DNA of 64,000 nt, taken from the NCBI GenBank assembly GCA_049513715.1, contig JBEKVV010000001.1:224001-288000 (forward strand). The letters are read 5' to 3'. The DNA is from Candidatus Bathyarchaeia archaeon (lineage in GTDB: Archaea; Thermoproteota; Bathyarchaeia; 40CM-2-53-6). The position numbers and the translations under genes were made by a program. How positions within the stretch are numbered: the first letter of the stretch is position 1; every line of letters begins with the position of its first letter. The notes beneath the pieces were generated by a model. The model was given only the letters and a program-made list of their open reading frames with translations. It did no database searches and had not been told where the DNA came from. Of this stretch, positions 36,249 to 46,171 are shown piece after piece.

Positions 36249-36757
36249 AATTCGATGTGAATTATGGGAGGGCAGGTCGTTTGAGTGAGGATGCGGTCTG
36301 GGACACTGAGAAGGGTGAGCTTCGCATCTTAGGCAAACGCCATACAGCTATTGATGCTCAGACTCTTTGCAGCCATCTTGATTCTTTGGTCGGCGTCCAA
36401 GTTGCTGAGGTTATCATGCATAACCTTGAATTTCGCCTAGGCAAGTTGGACGCCGCAAGGCTCAAACCTGAGAGACCGCAAGCCCCTCTTAACGAACTCG
36501 TCGAGCACCTTGCCAAAACAGACCGTCTATCCGGAATAGGAGTAACGAAAGTGACGTTAGCAGAAGACCCACAGAAACCAATACATATCGAGGTTGCTAA
36601 CCCCAATGTCAAAGGAACGACAGGAGCCGCGAGAGCGTTTCTCTTCTCATGGTGGGCTGGCGCACTGACCGCACTGCTCGACAAAGAATTCGATGTGAAG
36701 TACGTTGCTTACGACGAAACAAAGAACTTGCTGAAGGGCCAAATTGCAGTGAGGTAA
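36245..36757 (+). CDS. V4R-like small-ligand-binding protein (putative)
   Basis: GELRILGKRH, SGIG, FSWWAGALTALL pattern resembling V4R; overlaps the receiver gene. Confidence 0.5.
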   Translation: MKFDVNYGRAGRLSEDAVWDTEKGELRILGKRHTAIDAQTLCSHLDSLVGVQVAEVIMHNLEFRLGKLDAARLKPERPQAPLNELVEHLAKTDRLSGIGVTKVTLAEDPQKPIHIEVANPNVKGTTGAARAFLFSWWAGALTALLDKEFDVKYVAYDETKNLLKGQIAVR

Positions 36758-36762
36758 GGTCA

Positions 36763-37146
36763 TTGACTACCGCAACGCCTGTTGTGAGCGCCGAAGAAGT
36801 CTTCGCGGTTAACAAGAAGATACGATGGATGGCCTTAACGACCGAGAGGGGCGATGTCGTTCTTAACCAGATGCGCCCGGGCGTTCAATCACACTCTCCA
36901 ACGCAAGCTGATGAGGAGTTCGTCAGGTTAGGGCCTCTCACGTTGTTAGGGGTAGCGGAGAAATATTCTGAATACCTGAAGGGGGTGGACAGCGTCGTTG
37001 TATGGTTCGGACTTGCCGTCTGCGTGTACTCAAGGCTAGGTTCCCAAGTCATATCGGTCTCGATCGAGAAACAATTCGAGGCCCTCTCTCAATTCCTGAC
37101 TTGGCTTGAGAAGAAGAGATCGCTACAAGTGCCTGCGCCTCCATGA
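36763..37146 (+). CDS. Roadblock-like/DUF6659-like small protein (putative)
   Basis: KIRWMALTTERGDVVLNQMRPG pattern; start moved to TTG 36763, 5 nt after the previous stop. Confidence 0.5.
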   Translation: MTTATPVVSAEEVFAVNKKIRWMALTTERGDVVLNQMRPGVQSHSPTQADEEFVRLGPLTLLGVAEKYSEYLKGVDSVVVWFGLAVCVYSRLGSQVISVSIEKQFEALSQFLTWLEKKRSLQVPAPP

Positions 37147-37267
37147 ATCACCCTCAAATTCATGATAGGTTGGATACGATGAATTAGCATCTGTCAGACG
37201 AAGTGCCAGAGAAGTCTGGAATGGAACAGTTGCGTGAGCGTGGTTGGTCATTACGGTTTTGGAACGT

Positions 37268-37756
37268 TTACTGAAGCTGTCGGACTTCGATTAGAATCAC
37301 TCTGTAGGAAATGTAGATCTCGACTGATAGAAAAGCTACTCCGCAGAGGACGAGCAACATGCCCCCAATGAATGTGGCGTTTATCAGGGTTTGAGTCAGG
37401 TTCGGTGCGACCGAAAAGTAGCCCAAGCTGATGGAGAAAGATGTCAGGACGAAGAACAAGACCGAGAGCATGTGACATAGCATCCCATTCCTAACGTAGG
37501 CCAAACGCGGAAGAAGCAGGTTCAGCTGAGTCTCGATGCTTCTCAACCTTTCATTTTCGGTGTCGTCCAACTTTCTCTCCTTTCGAAGCTTCTTACCCAA
37601 CGTTCTCTTCTCGTCGTCAAGCAACCTAATTCTGTTCACAATGGAGCTGTGTCTCGTATTCAACGTAAGGAGGAGTAGAGCTACGCCGGTAATCATTACC
37701 GCTGGGGCGAGAATGGCCTAAATCGCCTGTATTGTCGTGACGATGTCGCTTTCCAA
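37268..37756 (-). pseudogene. DUF2721-like membrane protein with in-frame TAG at codon 13
   Basis: SD GAGGAG + TTG 37756; MESDIVTTIQAI*AILAPAVMITGVALLLL...; TAG at 37718-37720. Confidence 0.65.
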
Positions 37757-37881
37757 CCTAAGTCTCCTCGTAAACTCGATTTTGGTCGGGTGTATGAATC
37801 ACGCTCCATTTCCAGCTTGGGGAATTAGCCGGAAACATCAGGAACATCACGAATACCCTGCCTGGAATGTTGGTATGCTGC

Positions 37882-39186
37882 GTGAAGCAAGCGCAAATAG
37901 CGCTGCCCATAGACGACCTCCCGAAGAAATGGTACAACATAATCCCGGACATGCCGCACGGGATTCCTCCTCCGAAAGACCCCGCAGATGGAGAATCGCG
38001 ACTGCAAGCGCTCGGACGGAGGATGATTGGTGAGTGCCTAAAACAAGAATCATCAAATGATCGATGGATCGACATACCTGACGGAATTCGTGAACTCTAC
38101 ATTCAGGCGGGCAGGCCGCGCCCCCTCTACCGCGCCTACAGGCTCGAAGAGAAACTCGGCCTTAAGAAAGTCAGAATCTACTACAAACGAGAAGACCTCA
38201 GCCCTACAGGGTCGCACAAGGTTAACACGGCTCTGGCCCAAGCATACTTTGCCGCTAAAGCAGGAAAGCAGGTGCTTGTAACTGAGACTGGTGCAGGCCA
38301 ATGGGGAACCGCGCTGGCTTACGCAGCCAGCCTGATGGGGCTTTCCACTGAAGTATTCTGGGTGCGGGCGGTATACGACTGGAAACCCGAACGACGCACC
38401 CTAATGCAAATGTACGGCGCGAAAGTACACGCCTCTCCGAGTGGCAAAACCTCGTTCGGGAAAAAACTTCTCTCCCAAGATGCGAAACATCCCGGCTCCC
38501 TGGGTATCGCTGTATCTGAGGGCCTCGAATACACAGACGAATCACCTGAACGAGTCTATTGCTTAGGGTCAGTCCTGAATCACGTTCTGATTCACCAATC
38601 CATCATCGGTCTTGAGGCAATCAAGCAATTCGAGCAGGTGGATGATTCACCCGACCTTGTAGTTGGCTGCCTAGGCGGTGGATCAAACTTCGGCGGCATC
38701 GCTCTGCCATTCATGGGCGAAGTTCTAGCCAAGAAGAGGGAATGCGACTTCCTCGCTGCACAATCAGAGGCCGCTCCCAACCTTATCAAAGGTGAGTACA
38801 AGTATGATTTTGGCGATACTGCCGGGCATACGCCTCTTATGATGATGTACACGCTTGGTCACGAAGCGGTCATGCAGCCAATTCGCTCCGACGGCCTGCG
38901 CTATCATGCTGCTGCACCAATCATCAGCGCACTAAAGCATGAAGGCTTACTACGAGCGATTGCTTACCCCAGCGACGAAGTAGATGTATTCACAGCGGGG
39001 AAATTGTTCCTTGAGAGTGAAGGTTGGCTCATCGCGGGAGAATCCGCCCACGCGGTCAAGGCCGCAATTGATGAAGCGAAATCAGCGGAATCAAGGAACG
39101 AAGAAAAATGCATACTCATCAACATCAGTGGACATGGGTTCCTAGATATTGACGCATACCGCTCCATACTGCATCTAGATCGCTAG
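37882..39186 (+). CDS. trpB2: TrpB2-type tryptophan synthase beta-like PLP enzyme
   Basis: PKKWYNI, SPTGSHKVNTA (PLP Lys), TETGAGQWG, GSVLNHV, NISGHG; stand-alone gene. Confidence 0.92.
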   Translation: MKQAQIALPIDDLPKKWYNIIPDMPHGIPPPKDPADGESRLQALGRRMIGECLKQESSNDRWIDIPDGIRELYIQAGRPRPLYRAYRLEEKLGLKKVRIYYKREDLSPTGSHKVNTALAQAYFAAKAGKQVLVTETGAGQWGTALAYAASLMGLSTEVFWVRAVYDWKPERRTLMQMYGAKVHASPSGKTSFGKKLLSQDAKHPGSLGIAVSEGLEYTDESPERVYCLGSVLNHVLIHQSIIGLEAIKQFEQVDDSPDLVVGCLGGGSNFGGIALPFMGEVLAKKRECDFLAAQSEAAPNLIKGEYKYDFGDTAGHTPLMMMYTLGHEAVMQPIRSDGLRYHAAAPIISALKHEGLLRAIAYPSDEVDVFTAGKLFLESEGWLIAGESAHAVKAAIDEAKSAESRNEEKCILINISGHGFLDIDAYRSILHLDR

Positions 39187-39222
39187 CAAGGAAACCGTCA
39201 CCCAGCTAGGAGCATCAGTGAT

Positions 39223-39909
39223 TCATGGAATCTTGTATGAGAGCCACCAAAAGCATTGGCCAACATGAATCTCCAACTCGATAACTAGAGGTGCGAAGAT
39301 TCCTCGGAGTTCTTCCTCATCGTAATAGTTTTTCAGTACAACGTGCTTTGAACCGGTTCTCAGTTCTCGAATCTTGAATGTGTCTTCAATGTCTGTTCGT
39401 CTGATCAGCTCGCCGCCGATATCGGGCACGTAGACATTATCTGCCATGAATACCGCTGCCCCAGTGACGAGTTTCTTGTGAAAACCGTGCAGGAACTCAT
39501 TGACTTGAGCTTTGGGAATGTGCGAGAACCAGAAGTTCGCCAGGCCTGCGTCGAATGTGCCGGCCACCCTGTCCAAGTTGTAGGCGTCAGCTTGCTCGAA
39601 CTCCACCTTATCCGCGGGTATGTTCTTTGCTCGCGCAATTTCTAGCATTTCGAATGACTCATCGATTGCCACGATGCGCTCTGCAACTCTAGCTGCAAAT
39701 TCGGTCCAGTATCCAGTTCCGCATGCAACCTCCAGTACGCAACGCCCACGAAAGTTTTCCATGATGGCGTGGGAGATTACCTGTAGCTCGCTCAGCCGAA
39801 TTGGGTCTTGCCGTCGGTAAATTGCTTCATACTCTGAAGCGCGCTTGCTATAGTACTCAACAAGATCACCGTTGACCTGAGCTTGCTTTTTGGATTTGCC
39901 AGTTCTCAT
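39223..39909 (-). CDS. Class I SAM-dependent methyltransferase
   Basis: YYSKRASEY, VLEVACGTGYWT. Confidence 0.9.
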   Translation of the reverse strand: MRTGKSKKQAQVNGDLVEYYSKRASEYEAIYRRQDPIRLSELQVISHAIMENFRGRCVLEVACGTGYWTEFAARVAERIVAIDESFEMLEIARAKNIPADKVEFEQADAYNLDRVAGTFDAGLANFWFSHIPKAQVNEFLHGFHKKLVTGAAVFMADNVYVPDIGGELIRRTDIEDTFKIRELRTGSKHVVLKNYYDEEELRGIFAPLVIELEIHVGQCFWWLSYKIP

Positions 39910-40778
39910 TTTATCCTGAGCAGTTTTCTAGCATTTTCACTTAGAACCATTCTTCTCACGTCGCTGTTCACGTTGAGGCCTCCAAAATCATCAAGCCACC
40001 TTTTTGGGCTCAGCATAGGGTAATCGGTTCCGAACATGAATTTTTCCGGAATCATCTTGGTCATGTATGTTACGAGGAGTGGTTGGAAGTACTTTGGGGA
40101 CCAGCCGGAGAGATCAATGTACACGTTTTCCTTATGCGCTGCAATTGCGAGCTGTTCATCTTGCCACGGCCATCCCGGGTGCGCCATGATTATTTGCAAT
40201 TCAGGAAAGTCAGCCGCCACATCATCTAGTAACATGGGATTTGAGAAACGGAGTTTCACATTGCCTCCGCCTTTGAGGCCTGCTCCCCAATTAGTCGAAC
40301 CTGTGTGAAAGGTAATTGGTACGTTCAGCTCGAGGCATTTGGAGTATATCGGATAGTACTTAGGGTCATTTGGTTCGAAGGCCTGGACTTGGGGGTGCAG
40401 CTTCAGCCCAGAGAGCTTCAGCTCTCGAATCGAGTGATCAAGCTCCTTCACTGCTTGCTTCTTGTGCGGGTCAACTGACGCAAAGCCCAAAATCCTGTCG
40501 GGATAGCGGTCAACGGCCTTCGAAACAAATTCATTACTAACAGCCGGCCTGTGGCTTGTCGTCTCTGCGTCCCAAGCAAACATAACCAACTTTTCCACCC
40601 CGCAAACTGAATACTCTTCAAGCATCTCCTCGAAGGTAGCTAGCTTGATTGGGTGCCCAAACTTCTTGGCAGCGGCCTCGGCATGAATCCCTCCAGCATC
40701 AATTAGGAACTCCTTTGTGGGCGGATGGACATGGACGTCAACGAACCCATTACTCTCAGAAGACGGCATCCTCTGCAC
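39906..40778 (-). CDS. Amidohydrolase family 2 protein
   Basis: DVHVH, GLKLHP, FHTG, IMAHPGWPW, FGTDYP. Confidence 0.92.
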   Translation of the reverse strand: MQRMPSSESNGFVDVHVHPPTKEFLIDAGGIHAEAAAKKFGHPIKLATFEEMLEEYSVCGVEKLVMFAWDAETTSHRPAVSNEFVSKAVDRYPDRILGFASVDPHKKQAVKELDHSIRELKLSGLKLHPQVQAFEPNDPKYYPIYSKCLELNVPITFHTGSTNWGAGLKGGGNVKLRFSNPMLLDDVAADFPELQIIMAHPGWPWQDEQLAIAAHKENVYIDLSGWSPKYFQPLLVTYMTKMIPEKFMFGTDYPMLSPKRWLDDFGGLNVNSDVRRMVLSENARKLLRIK

Positions 40779-40929
40779 TCCAAGCTAGGTCTGTTTTCGC
40801 TTTGCAGTCATAAAAGCTCAATGCGGCTCCTCATATTCTTTCCATAAGACCGAGCCTTACACGATCAATGACTCGCCAGCGACAGACTTATGATGCCGGG
40901 AATGAGTTGAGAAACGTGGCGAGTGCTGC

Positions 40930-41349
40930 TTGAAGGCGAAACACTCTGCTCTGCTGGCAATAGTTGGCGGTTTTATTGATTTGGCAGCCGGCTGGGCGTT
41001 GATGGTGAGTGTTCCACCGATGATGCCGATCACAGTTCCCCTTGGGGAAACTACGCTTCCGACTATGATGCCTATTGGCCGGTCTACGTTGGTGGTGAGC
41101 TACTTCCTGCTTGCTCTTGGCGCAATTGTCTTGGTGACCGGTGTCTCCATGTTCTACGCGAAAATGATGATGCATCGCGTAAGTTTCGGAAGGCTGATGG
41201 TTGTCTATGGCGTTATCATGCTGGTGCTAGGCGCAGGCATGATTGGGAATCTGTTTTCGATGATGCAGGGGTCGGCGATTTCGGGTGCTGCTATGCTTGT
41301 CCTTGGAGCAGCGATGCTCTACAGCGGCTCTAGTATGGCTAGGGAGTAG
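40930..41349 (+). CDS. Met-rich four-TM membrane protein
   Basis: Four hydrophobic segments with MM/MMM clusters. Confidence 0.65.
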   Translation: MKAKHSALLAIVGGFIDLAAGWALMVSVPPMMPITVPLGETTLPTMMPIGRSTLVVSYFLLALGAIVLVTGVSMFYAKMMMHRVSFGRLMVVYGVIMLVLGAGMIGNLFSMMQGSAISGAAMLVLGAAMLYSGSSMARE

Positions 41350-41354
41350 TAGTC

Positions 41355-42584
41355 TCACTCTACGGAAATCACTATTGTTTGGCGAGCCAGCTTCAGGACT
41401 TGAGATTCAACGGCGTTCTTTTGCTTCAGCACACCCTTACTCAACTCTTGTGCCCTCCTTTCCAAATTTCGGTTTTCAGTCAAGATTGATTGTTTTCGAG
41501 TTCGCGTTTCGGTCAGCGATCGGTCAATGGTCTCCTTCTTCTCAATTAGTCCTCTAGACTTCAGCTGGCGTGTGGTTTCCTGGATGTTTGCCTGGAGGGT
41601 GAGGTATTCTTCGCGAATTGTGTCGAGCATTCCAGCATTGATAGATTGAATTGTTTCTGTCGCCTTTCTCCGCTTCCTCTCTTCAACCTCCAATTGACCT
41701 CCCTCAAGCGCTTCCTCGAGTGAGTGCAACACGTCCACAATGCCAAATGACTGGGTCATCGCAATCGATTCCACGGGTTTCTCTATCATGTCATGAAGTG
41801 CTCTTGCATCAACCGAGGCAACCTGTTTCATTGAAACGGCTCGCTCCAACTTGAGAAGAGGCTTCAAAATGGGTTGCAGCAATTGCTTGATTTCATCTTC
41901 TTTCCCGGACAATCCGTCCTCCAAGCGCTTTAGTTCAAGAAATTCCGGTCCCGACGTAAGTGCCTCCCTTTCGGATGAGAGTTGTTGCTCAACAGTTGAA
42001 ACTTCGCTTAGCAGTTGGATCTCTTGCTCTAGCTGAGCCCTAAGTGCGACTAGTTCACTCTGCTTTTCGACAACTGCATGAGCCTCTCTATGTAGAGACT
42101 CGAGTTTGAGACCAGGGGAATTGTCGAGAGCCGCTCCCAAAGCTTTGACTGAATTCTCGAGCTTTGCAAGGGCACCATTGAGAGAGGCCAATTCAGTCTT
42201 CAGTCCTCTATGCAATTTGGGAATGTACTTTCGGACGGCAAGTATGATTGAGTTCATTGCTTGAACGGATTCTTCGTGGAACTTTTCAGTGTCCTTGTAG
42301 GATGGTTTGCTGTCTTTTTGTGACAGTTCTTGAGACGTTTCCTGGATTTTGTGGGCAAGGCGCATTCCATATTCGGAGGCGGTTTTGTCCATCGATCCCC
42401 AGGCATTCTTCACGCCGGTCGCGAACTTTATTGCCGCATTGTTCAATCCCGATGCGTTATCCTTGACTGTCCTAGCTATTTCCGCGAAGCGCTTCTGGTG
42501 GTCCTTCATGAGGTCGTGCGCTAGGGAATCACAGAAGTCTGATAGTTCATCGATTCGAACATTCCTGGCGCCCACCGCTCCCAC
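41355..42584 (-). CDS. Hypothetical coiled-coil protein
   Basis: 409-aa all-helical E/K/L/Q-rich ORF; no catalytic motif seen. Confidence 0.7.
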   Translation of the reverse strand: MGAVGARNVRIDELSDFCDSLAHDLMKDHQKRFAEIARTVKDNASGLNNAAIKFATGVKNAWGSMDKTASEYGMRLAHKIQETSQELSQKDSKPSYKDTEKFHEESVQAMNSIILAVRKYIPKLHRGLKTELASLNGALAKLENSVKALGAALDNSPGLKLESLHREAHAVVEKQSELVALRAQLEQEIQLLSEVSTVEQQLSSEREALTSGPEFLELKRLEDGLSGKEDEIKQLLQPILKPLLKLERAVSMKQVASVDARALHDMIEKPVESIAMTQSFGIVDVLHSLEEALEGGQLEVEERKRRKATETIQSINAGMLDTIREEYLTLQANIQETTRQLKSRGLIEKKETIDRSLTETRTRKQSILTENRNLERRAQELSKGVLKQKNAVESQVLKLARQTIVISVE

Positions 42585-42649
42585 CTAGTGCAGCAGAAGG
42601 TGCGCGGGTTTGCCTGATAAACACCGAGTTGGGCGGTTGCGGATGGCAA

Positions 42650-43531
42650 TCATTGAGAAGGAGTGGAATCATTCGTGTGCTTCTTCTGGTCAAATCGCGC
42701 CATTGCCTGCTCTATAGCCTGGTGCAGTTCTTGGCATGCGAGCTGTCTAACGTCCACCGCATCATCTACAGTGTTCCCCTTCGCTTCTGCAAGCCCCTTT
42801 CGAAGCTCTCGTACCTCCGCCTTCAGGCGTTCGAGCTCACGTTGATGTTGAGATTTGGACTTGTCCAATTCTTGTTGGAATCCTTCTTTGTTGGTTCCCA
42901 AGGCTCTTTTCTTGGCTTCCAATGCTTTCGTGCTGTCCTCGATTTTTGACTCCGATCTGTGTAAAATTCGTTGCAGGAAGCCGCTCTTTTTGCGGAGCAT
43001 TTTCAGACGCTTCCTGTCCAGCGAGTCTATTTCACTATGGAGCTTCTCTTGGGATTTCTCGAATTTTCTCCTAGTTTCGCGGGAATGAGCCTTCTGGTCA
43101 TTTTCGAGCCTCGTGATCTCCATTTCATGTTGGGTCAGTCTGTTCTGAAGTTTGGAGACCTCTTCGGATGTGTTTTGTTCGGCTTCGACGTGTTTAGTGA
43201 AGTTTTCTTCGACGCGAACTAATGCTTTCCCGACGCGATCCTTGTATTCCTGGTCACTTGCCTCGGGTAGTTGCGTTTCGAATTCTGTAAGAACGGCTCT
43301 AAGATCTTTCATCCATCTCTGGAAGTGCTCAGAGAATGGCGGTAGTGCGAATCTCTGGTTTCCGAGGTGTAGGACCGCATTTAGCACTTTGGATGATATT
43401 TGGGTTGGGTCTACGAGTTCTGCTTCTTGGTAGGCGAATCGGGATCCGCGGTCGTCGCGCTTTTCCTTGGAAGATTTCTTGGGGGCCGGTCTACGAAACC
43501 GACTACCGCGCATGCGTGGCTCGTAGCTCAT
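42650..43531 (-). CDS. Hypothetical coiled-coil protein
   Basis: 293-aa ORF; LGNQRFALPPFSEHFQRW segment followed by heptad-rich helix; TTAATATA upstream. Confidence 0.7.
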   Translation of the reverse strand: MSYEPRMRGSRFRRPAPKKSSKEKRDDRGSRFAYQEAELVDPTQISSKVLNAVLHLGNQRFALPPFSEHFQRWMKDLRAVLTEFETQLPEASDQEYKDRVGKALVRVEENFTKHVEAEQNTSEEVSKLQNRLTQHEMEITRLENDQKAHSRETRRKFEKSQEKLHSEIDSLDRKRLKMLRKKSGFLQRILHRSESKIEDSTKALEAKKRALGTNKEGFQQELDKSKSQHQRELERLKAEVRELRKGLAEAKGNTVDDAVDVRQLACQELHQAIEQAMARFDQKKHTNDSTPSQ

Positions 43532-43570
43532 GATTGCAGGTTTTCTTGGTCGATGCTATATTAAGTGTCA

Positions 43571-44137
43571 TCATGCTCGAGCGTTTGAGCGCAGCGCCTT
43601 GTTGAACCAAAGGTAACGGAATGCTAGACCTACGAGGAGCCCGTCAGCGTGGGCTAGGAAACCCCCGCCACTGAAGATATCCAGTCCAAGGAAGAATATC
43701 ATCCCAATGAGCCCTTTGAGCCCACCGGCGGCACCGAGCAGGCCCCAGATTGCCCCTGACGCACCCAGCCCAACCGCGTCGCCTCCCAAGAAAAGAAAAG
43801 CGACGTTTCCTACAAACCCGCTTGAGAAGTATGTGGCTAACCATTTCTTACGAGACACTTGCTCTTCTAGGGACGTTCCGAAGATTAGGAGGAACAGCAA
43901 GTTCCCACCTAAGTGGGTGGGGTTTGCGTGCATGAACATGGCCGTAAACAGCATCCACACTGCCCCCTGCCAAACCGCAGCATTGACTTGTGCCAGTGGC
44001 AGGAACAGCTGATAATTGAAAGAGAGGAGATTGCCACCAGCGATTCCTAAAGCCACGTAGATGATGAGTAAAAAGGCCGACATCATGACACTAGGCGAGT
44101 CTCTAACTCTGCCGGCCGCTCGCTTCTGCATATGCAA
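43571..44137 (-). CDS. Rhomboid family intramembrane serine protease (second copy)
   Basis: WMLFTAMFMH, HLGGN, GASGAIWG, AHADG; true start may be ~44086. Confidence 0.88.
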   Translation of the reverse strand: MHMQKRAAGRVRDSPSVMMSAFLLIIYVALGIAGGNLLSFNYQLFLPLAQVNAAVWQGAVWMLFTAMFMHANPTHLGGNLLFLLIFGTSLEEQVSRKKWLATYFSSGFVGNVAFLFLGGDAVGLGASGAIWGLLGAAGGLKGLIGMIFFLGLDIFSGGGFLAHADGLLVGLAFRYLWFNKALRSNARA

Positions 44138-44202
44138 GACCTGTCCAATGGATATGTCTGGCTGGTTTTGGCCAGGTCCAATTTAATAAGTGAATCCGCC
44201 CA

Positions 44203-45096
44203 TTGAACCAATTCGTGTCGGGATTAGCGGGCTCCTTCCAAGCAGGTGAACGTGTCGCAAAGTTCTCGTTCATGACCCTTGTCAGCATTGGATTGGTTGA
44301 GCTCGCGATTGGGTCTTGGACCGGAAGCGTAGGGCTCACGGCTGATGGAGTCGATTCGATTTCAGACTCAGTCATTTCCGTCATCGTCTGGATCGGTTTG
44401 CACTACTCCAGGAGGCGACCTGATGCACGCTTCCACTTCGGCTACCACAAAGTCGAAAGCTTGTCCGCGCTCGTCGTATCAATCGGAATGGTGGGAGTTG
44501 CGGGTTACATCATGCTTCATTCATACTTCACCTTCCTTAACCCTAGGGCCATCAATTATCCAGAGGTTGCTTTCATCACGCTGCTGTGCGCGGGAACTGT
44601 ATCGCTGTACCGAGCATTTCGAATGAGGGCAGTCGCGAAAAAGTACGGTCTTCTTTCACTTCGGACCGATGCTAACAACTCACTCAAAGACGGGACCGCA
44701 TCGTTCGTGGTGCTCGCTAACGTAGCCGGGGCTTCACTTGGCTTCCTTCAACTTGATGCGGTGGGCGGAATGATAGTCTCAGCATACATTATCGGAATCG
44801 CATATGTTGCGATCAAGGAATCATCCTTAGTGCTTCTGGATGCTTGTGAGAGTCCAGAGATGACATCGGTATTAGCGAATGCGTTGAAAACAGTGAATGG
44901 AGTTCAAGACGTGAAGAGCATAAAGTTGCGCCCCTCGGGCCCATACTTGACCGGCATCATTTCCCTAGTCGTAGATGGCCAGAAAACGATTGTTGAGAGC
45001 GAGGGCATCCGTCGCCAAGTCTTGGACACTGTGTCGGCGATTGTCGAGCCCCTAGGCGAGATTACCGTCATATTCAGGTCGGAGAGTCAGGCATGA
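44203..45096 (+). CDS. Cation diffusion facilitator family transporter
   Basis: ADGVDSISD, FHFGYHKVESL, DANNSLKD, C-terminal dimerisation domain. Confidence 0.9.
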   Translation: MNQFVSGLAGSFQAGERVAKFSFMTLVSIGLVELAIGSWTGSVGLTADGVDSISDSVISVIVWIGLHYSRRRPDARFHFGYHKVESLSALVVSIGMVGVAGYIMLHSYFTFLNPRAINYPEVAFITLLCAGTVSLYRAFRMRAVAKKYGLLSLRTDANNSLKDGTASFVVLANVAGASLGFLQLDAVGGMIVSAYIIGIAYVAIKESSLVLLDACESPEMTSVLANALKTVNGVQDVKSIKLRPSGPYLTGIISLVVDGQKTIVESEGIRRQVLDTVSAIVEPLGEITVIFRSESQA

Positions 45097-45219
45097 AAAT
45101 CCATCAATCTTTGGACAATTGGACCTAGAATCGGTCAATCATGTTGCGCCACAATTCTACTTGGAAGAATCGGCCTGAAATCAGCTAAGCCGCTTGAGTT
45201 TCTGAGTATCTTTGAACTT

Positions 45220-45930
45220 TTAGGCTTCTATCTTCTCTACGAGCAGCATCTTTCCTAAGGTTGTGAGCGTAACCTTGGTTTTGCCCCTAGCGTGTCTCGT
45301 GGCTTCGGCCAGTCCGAGATCTATTAATCCTCTTGCGTCTTCAGAGCCGTGTATGTGGTAACTCAACAATGGTTTCCCATAGTTTGTGAGCTTGCTTAAC
45401 TCGTCGAGGCTATCTACTTCACCGCCAGCCTTGTCCAATGCCTTAAGGATGTCCAACTTCACCTCAGAAACCATCTCTGTGTAGCTCAGCTTCATTGGTG
45501 GAAGCATAACGCATTCGTCCCCTTTGCAGAAGAAGGCCTTGAAACCGAGTATGAACGAGGTGACCGCCGCGGCGATACAGATCATCTTGTCGCCGCTACT
45601 GACATTGAGCAGGAAGTCATCATATTGAGAACGGTTCTTCTGCACTATGTCCGAGAACACTTGCATGATGTCCTTGTAGGAATGCTCCGGCCTAATGTTG
45701 TCGTAAGCCTCTACTTCGGTCTTAAGCGTGTCGGAGATGTTCTTGGAAAGGCGCTTTGCAACCTCCTTGTCCCGATCATAACAAATCAGGACGAGTTTGT
45801 TGGCCGGAGCGTTCCGCACTCCTGAGAGGACTCCGCTGGGGTCGTCGCCGATTGTTGCGATTTGAAGTGTCTTTCGGAAAGCCCTTGAGGACTCGCTGTC
45901 CGATCCTCTTCCGCGGTGTCCGCTGTCCAA
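45220..45930 (-). CDS. CARF-like + winged-helix regulator (Csa3/DUF6293-like)
   Basis: LQIATIG strand, LNVSSGDK motif, C-terminal wHTH (LSYHI...LTTLGKML); start approximated at TTG 45930. Confidence 0.7.
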   Translation of the reverse strand: MDSGHRGRGSDSESSRAFRKTLQIATIGDDPSGVLSGVRNAPANKLVLICYDRDKEVAKRLSKNISDTLKTEVEAYDNIRPEHSYKDIMQVFSDIVQKNRSQYDDFLLNVSSGDKMICIAAAVTSFILGFKAFFCKGDECVMLPPMKLSYTEMVSEVKLDILKALDKAGGEVDSLDELSKLTNYGKPLLSYHIHGSEDARGLIDLGLAEATRHARGKTKVTLTTLGKMLLVEKIEA

Positions 45931-46171
45931 TACGGTCACAGCTCTTGGCAGTCCTTTGTGCCCCTGCAGGTTTGGGTAAGAAAAGCTTGCTGGTCTCGTC
46001 GGCGTGGTTTGACATGGTTTCTTCAACTGACGCTACCTCCAATTGCGCCCAGTGGACAACGCGGTCTTATCCAGACGGTTTAAACAAATTCGTGCGGCCT
46101 GACCATTCATAAACCTAGGATCAACCCGAACCTGGGTACAAATTCTTCTAGCCAACCAGTTCTATTACAGT

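Noticed and set aside
41355..43531. Coiled-coil genes as ESCRT-III/Cdv or SMC components
   Set aside because: No Snf7 pattern, MIM motif or Walker motifs recognisable; left as hypothetical.
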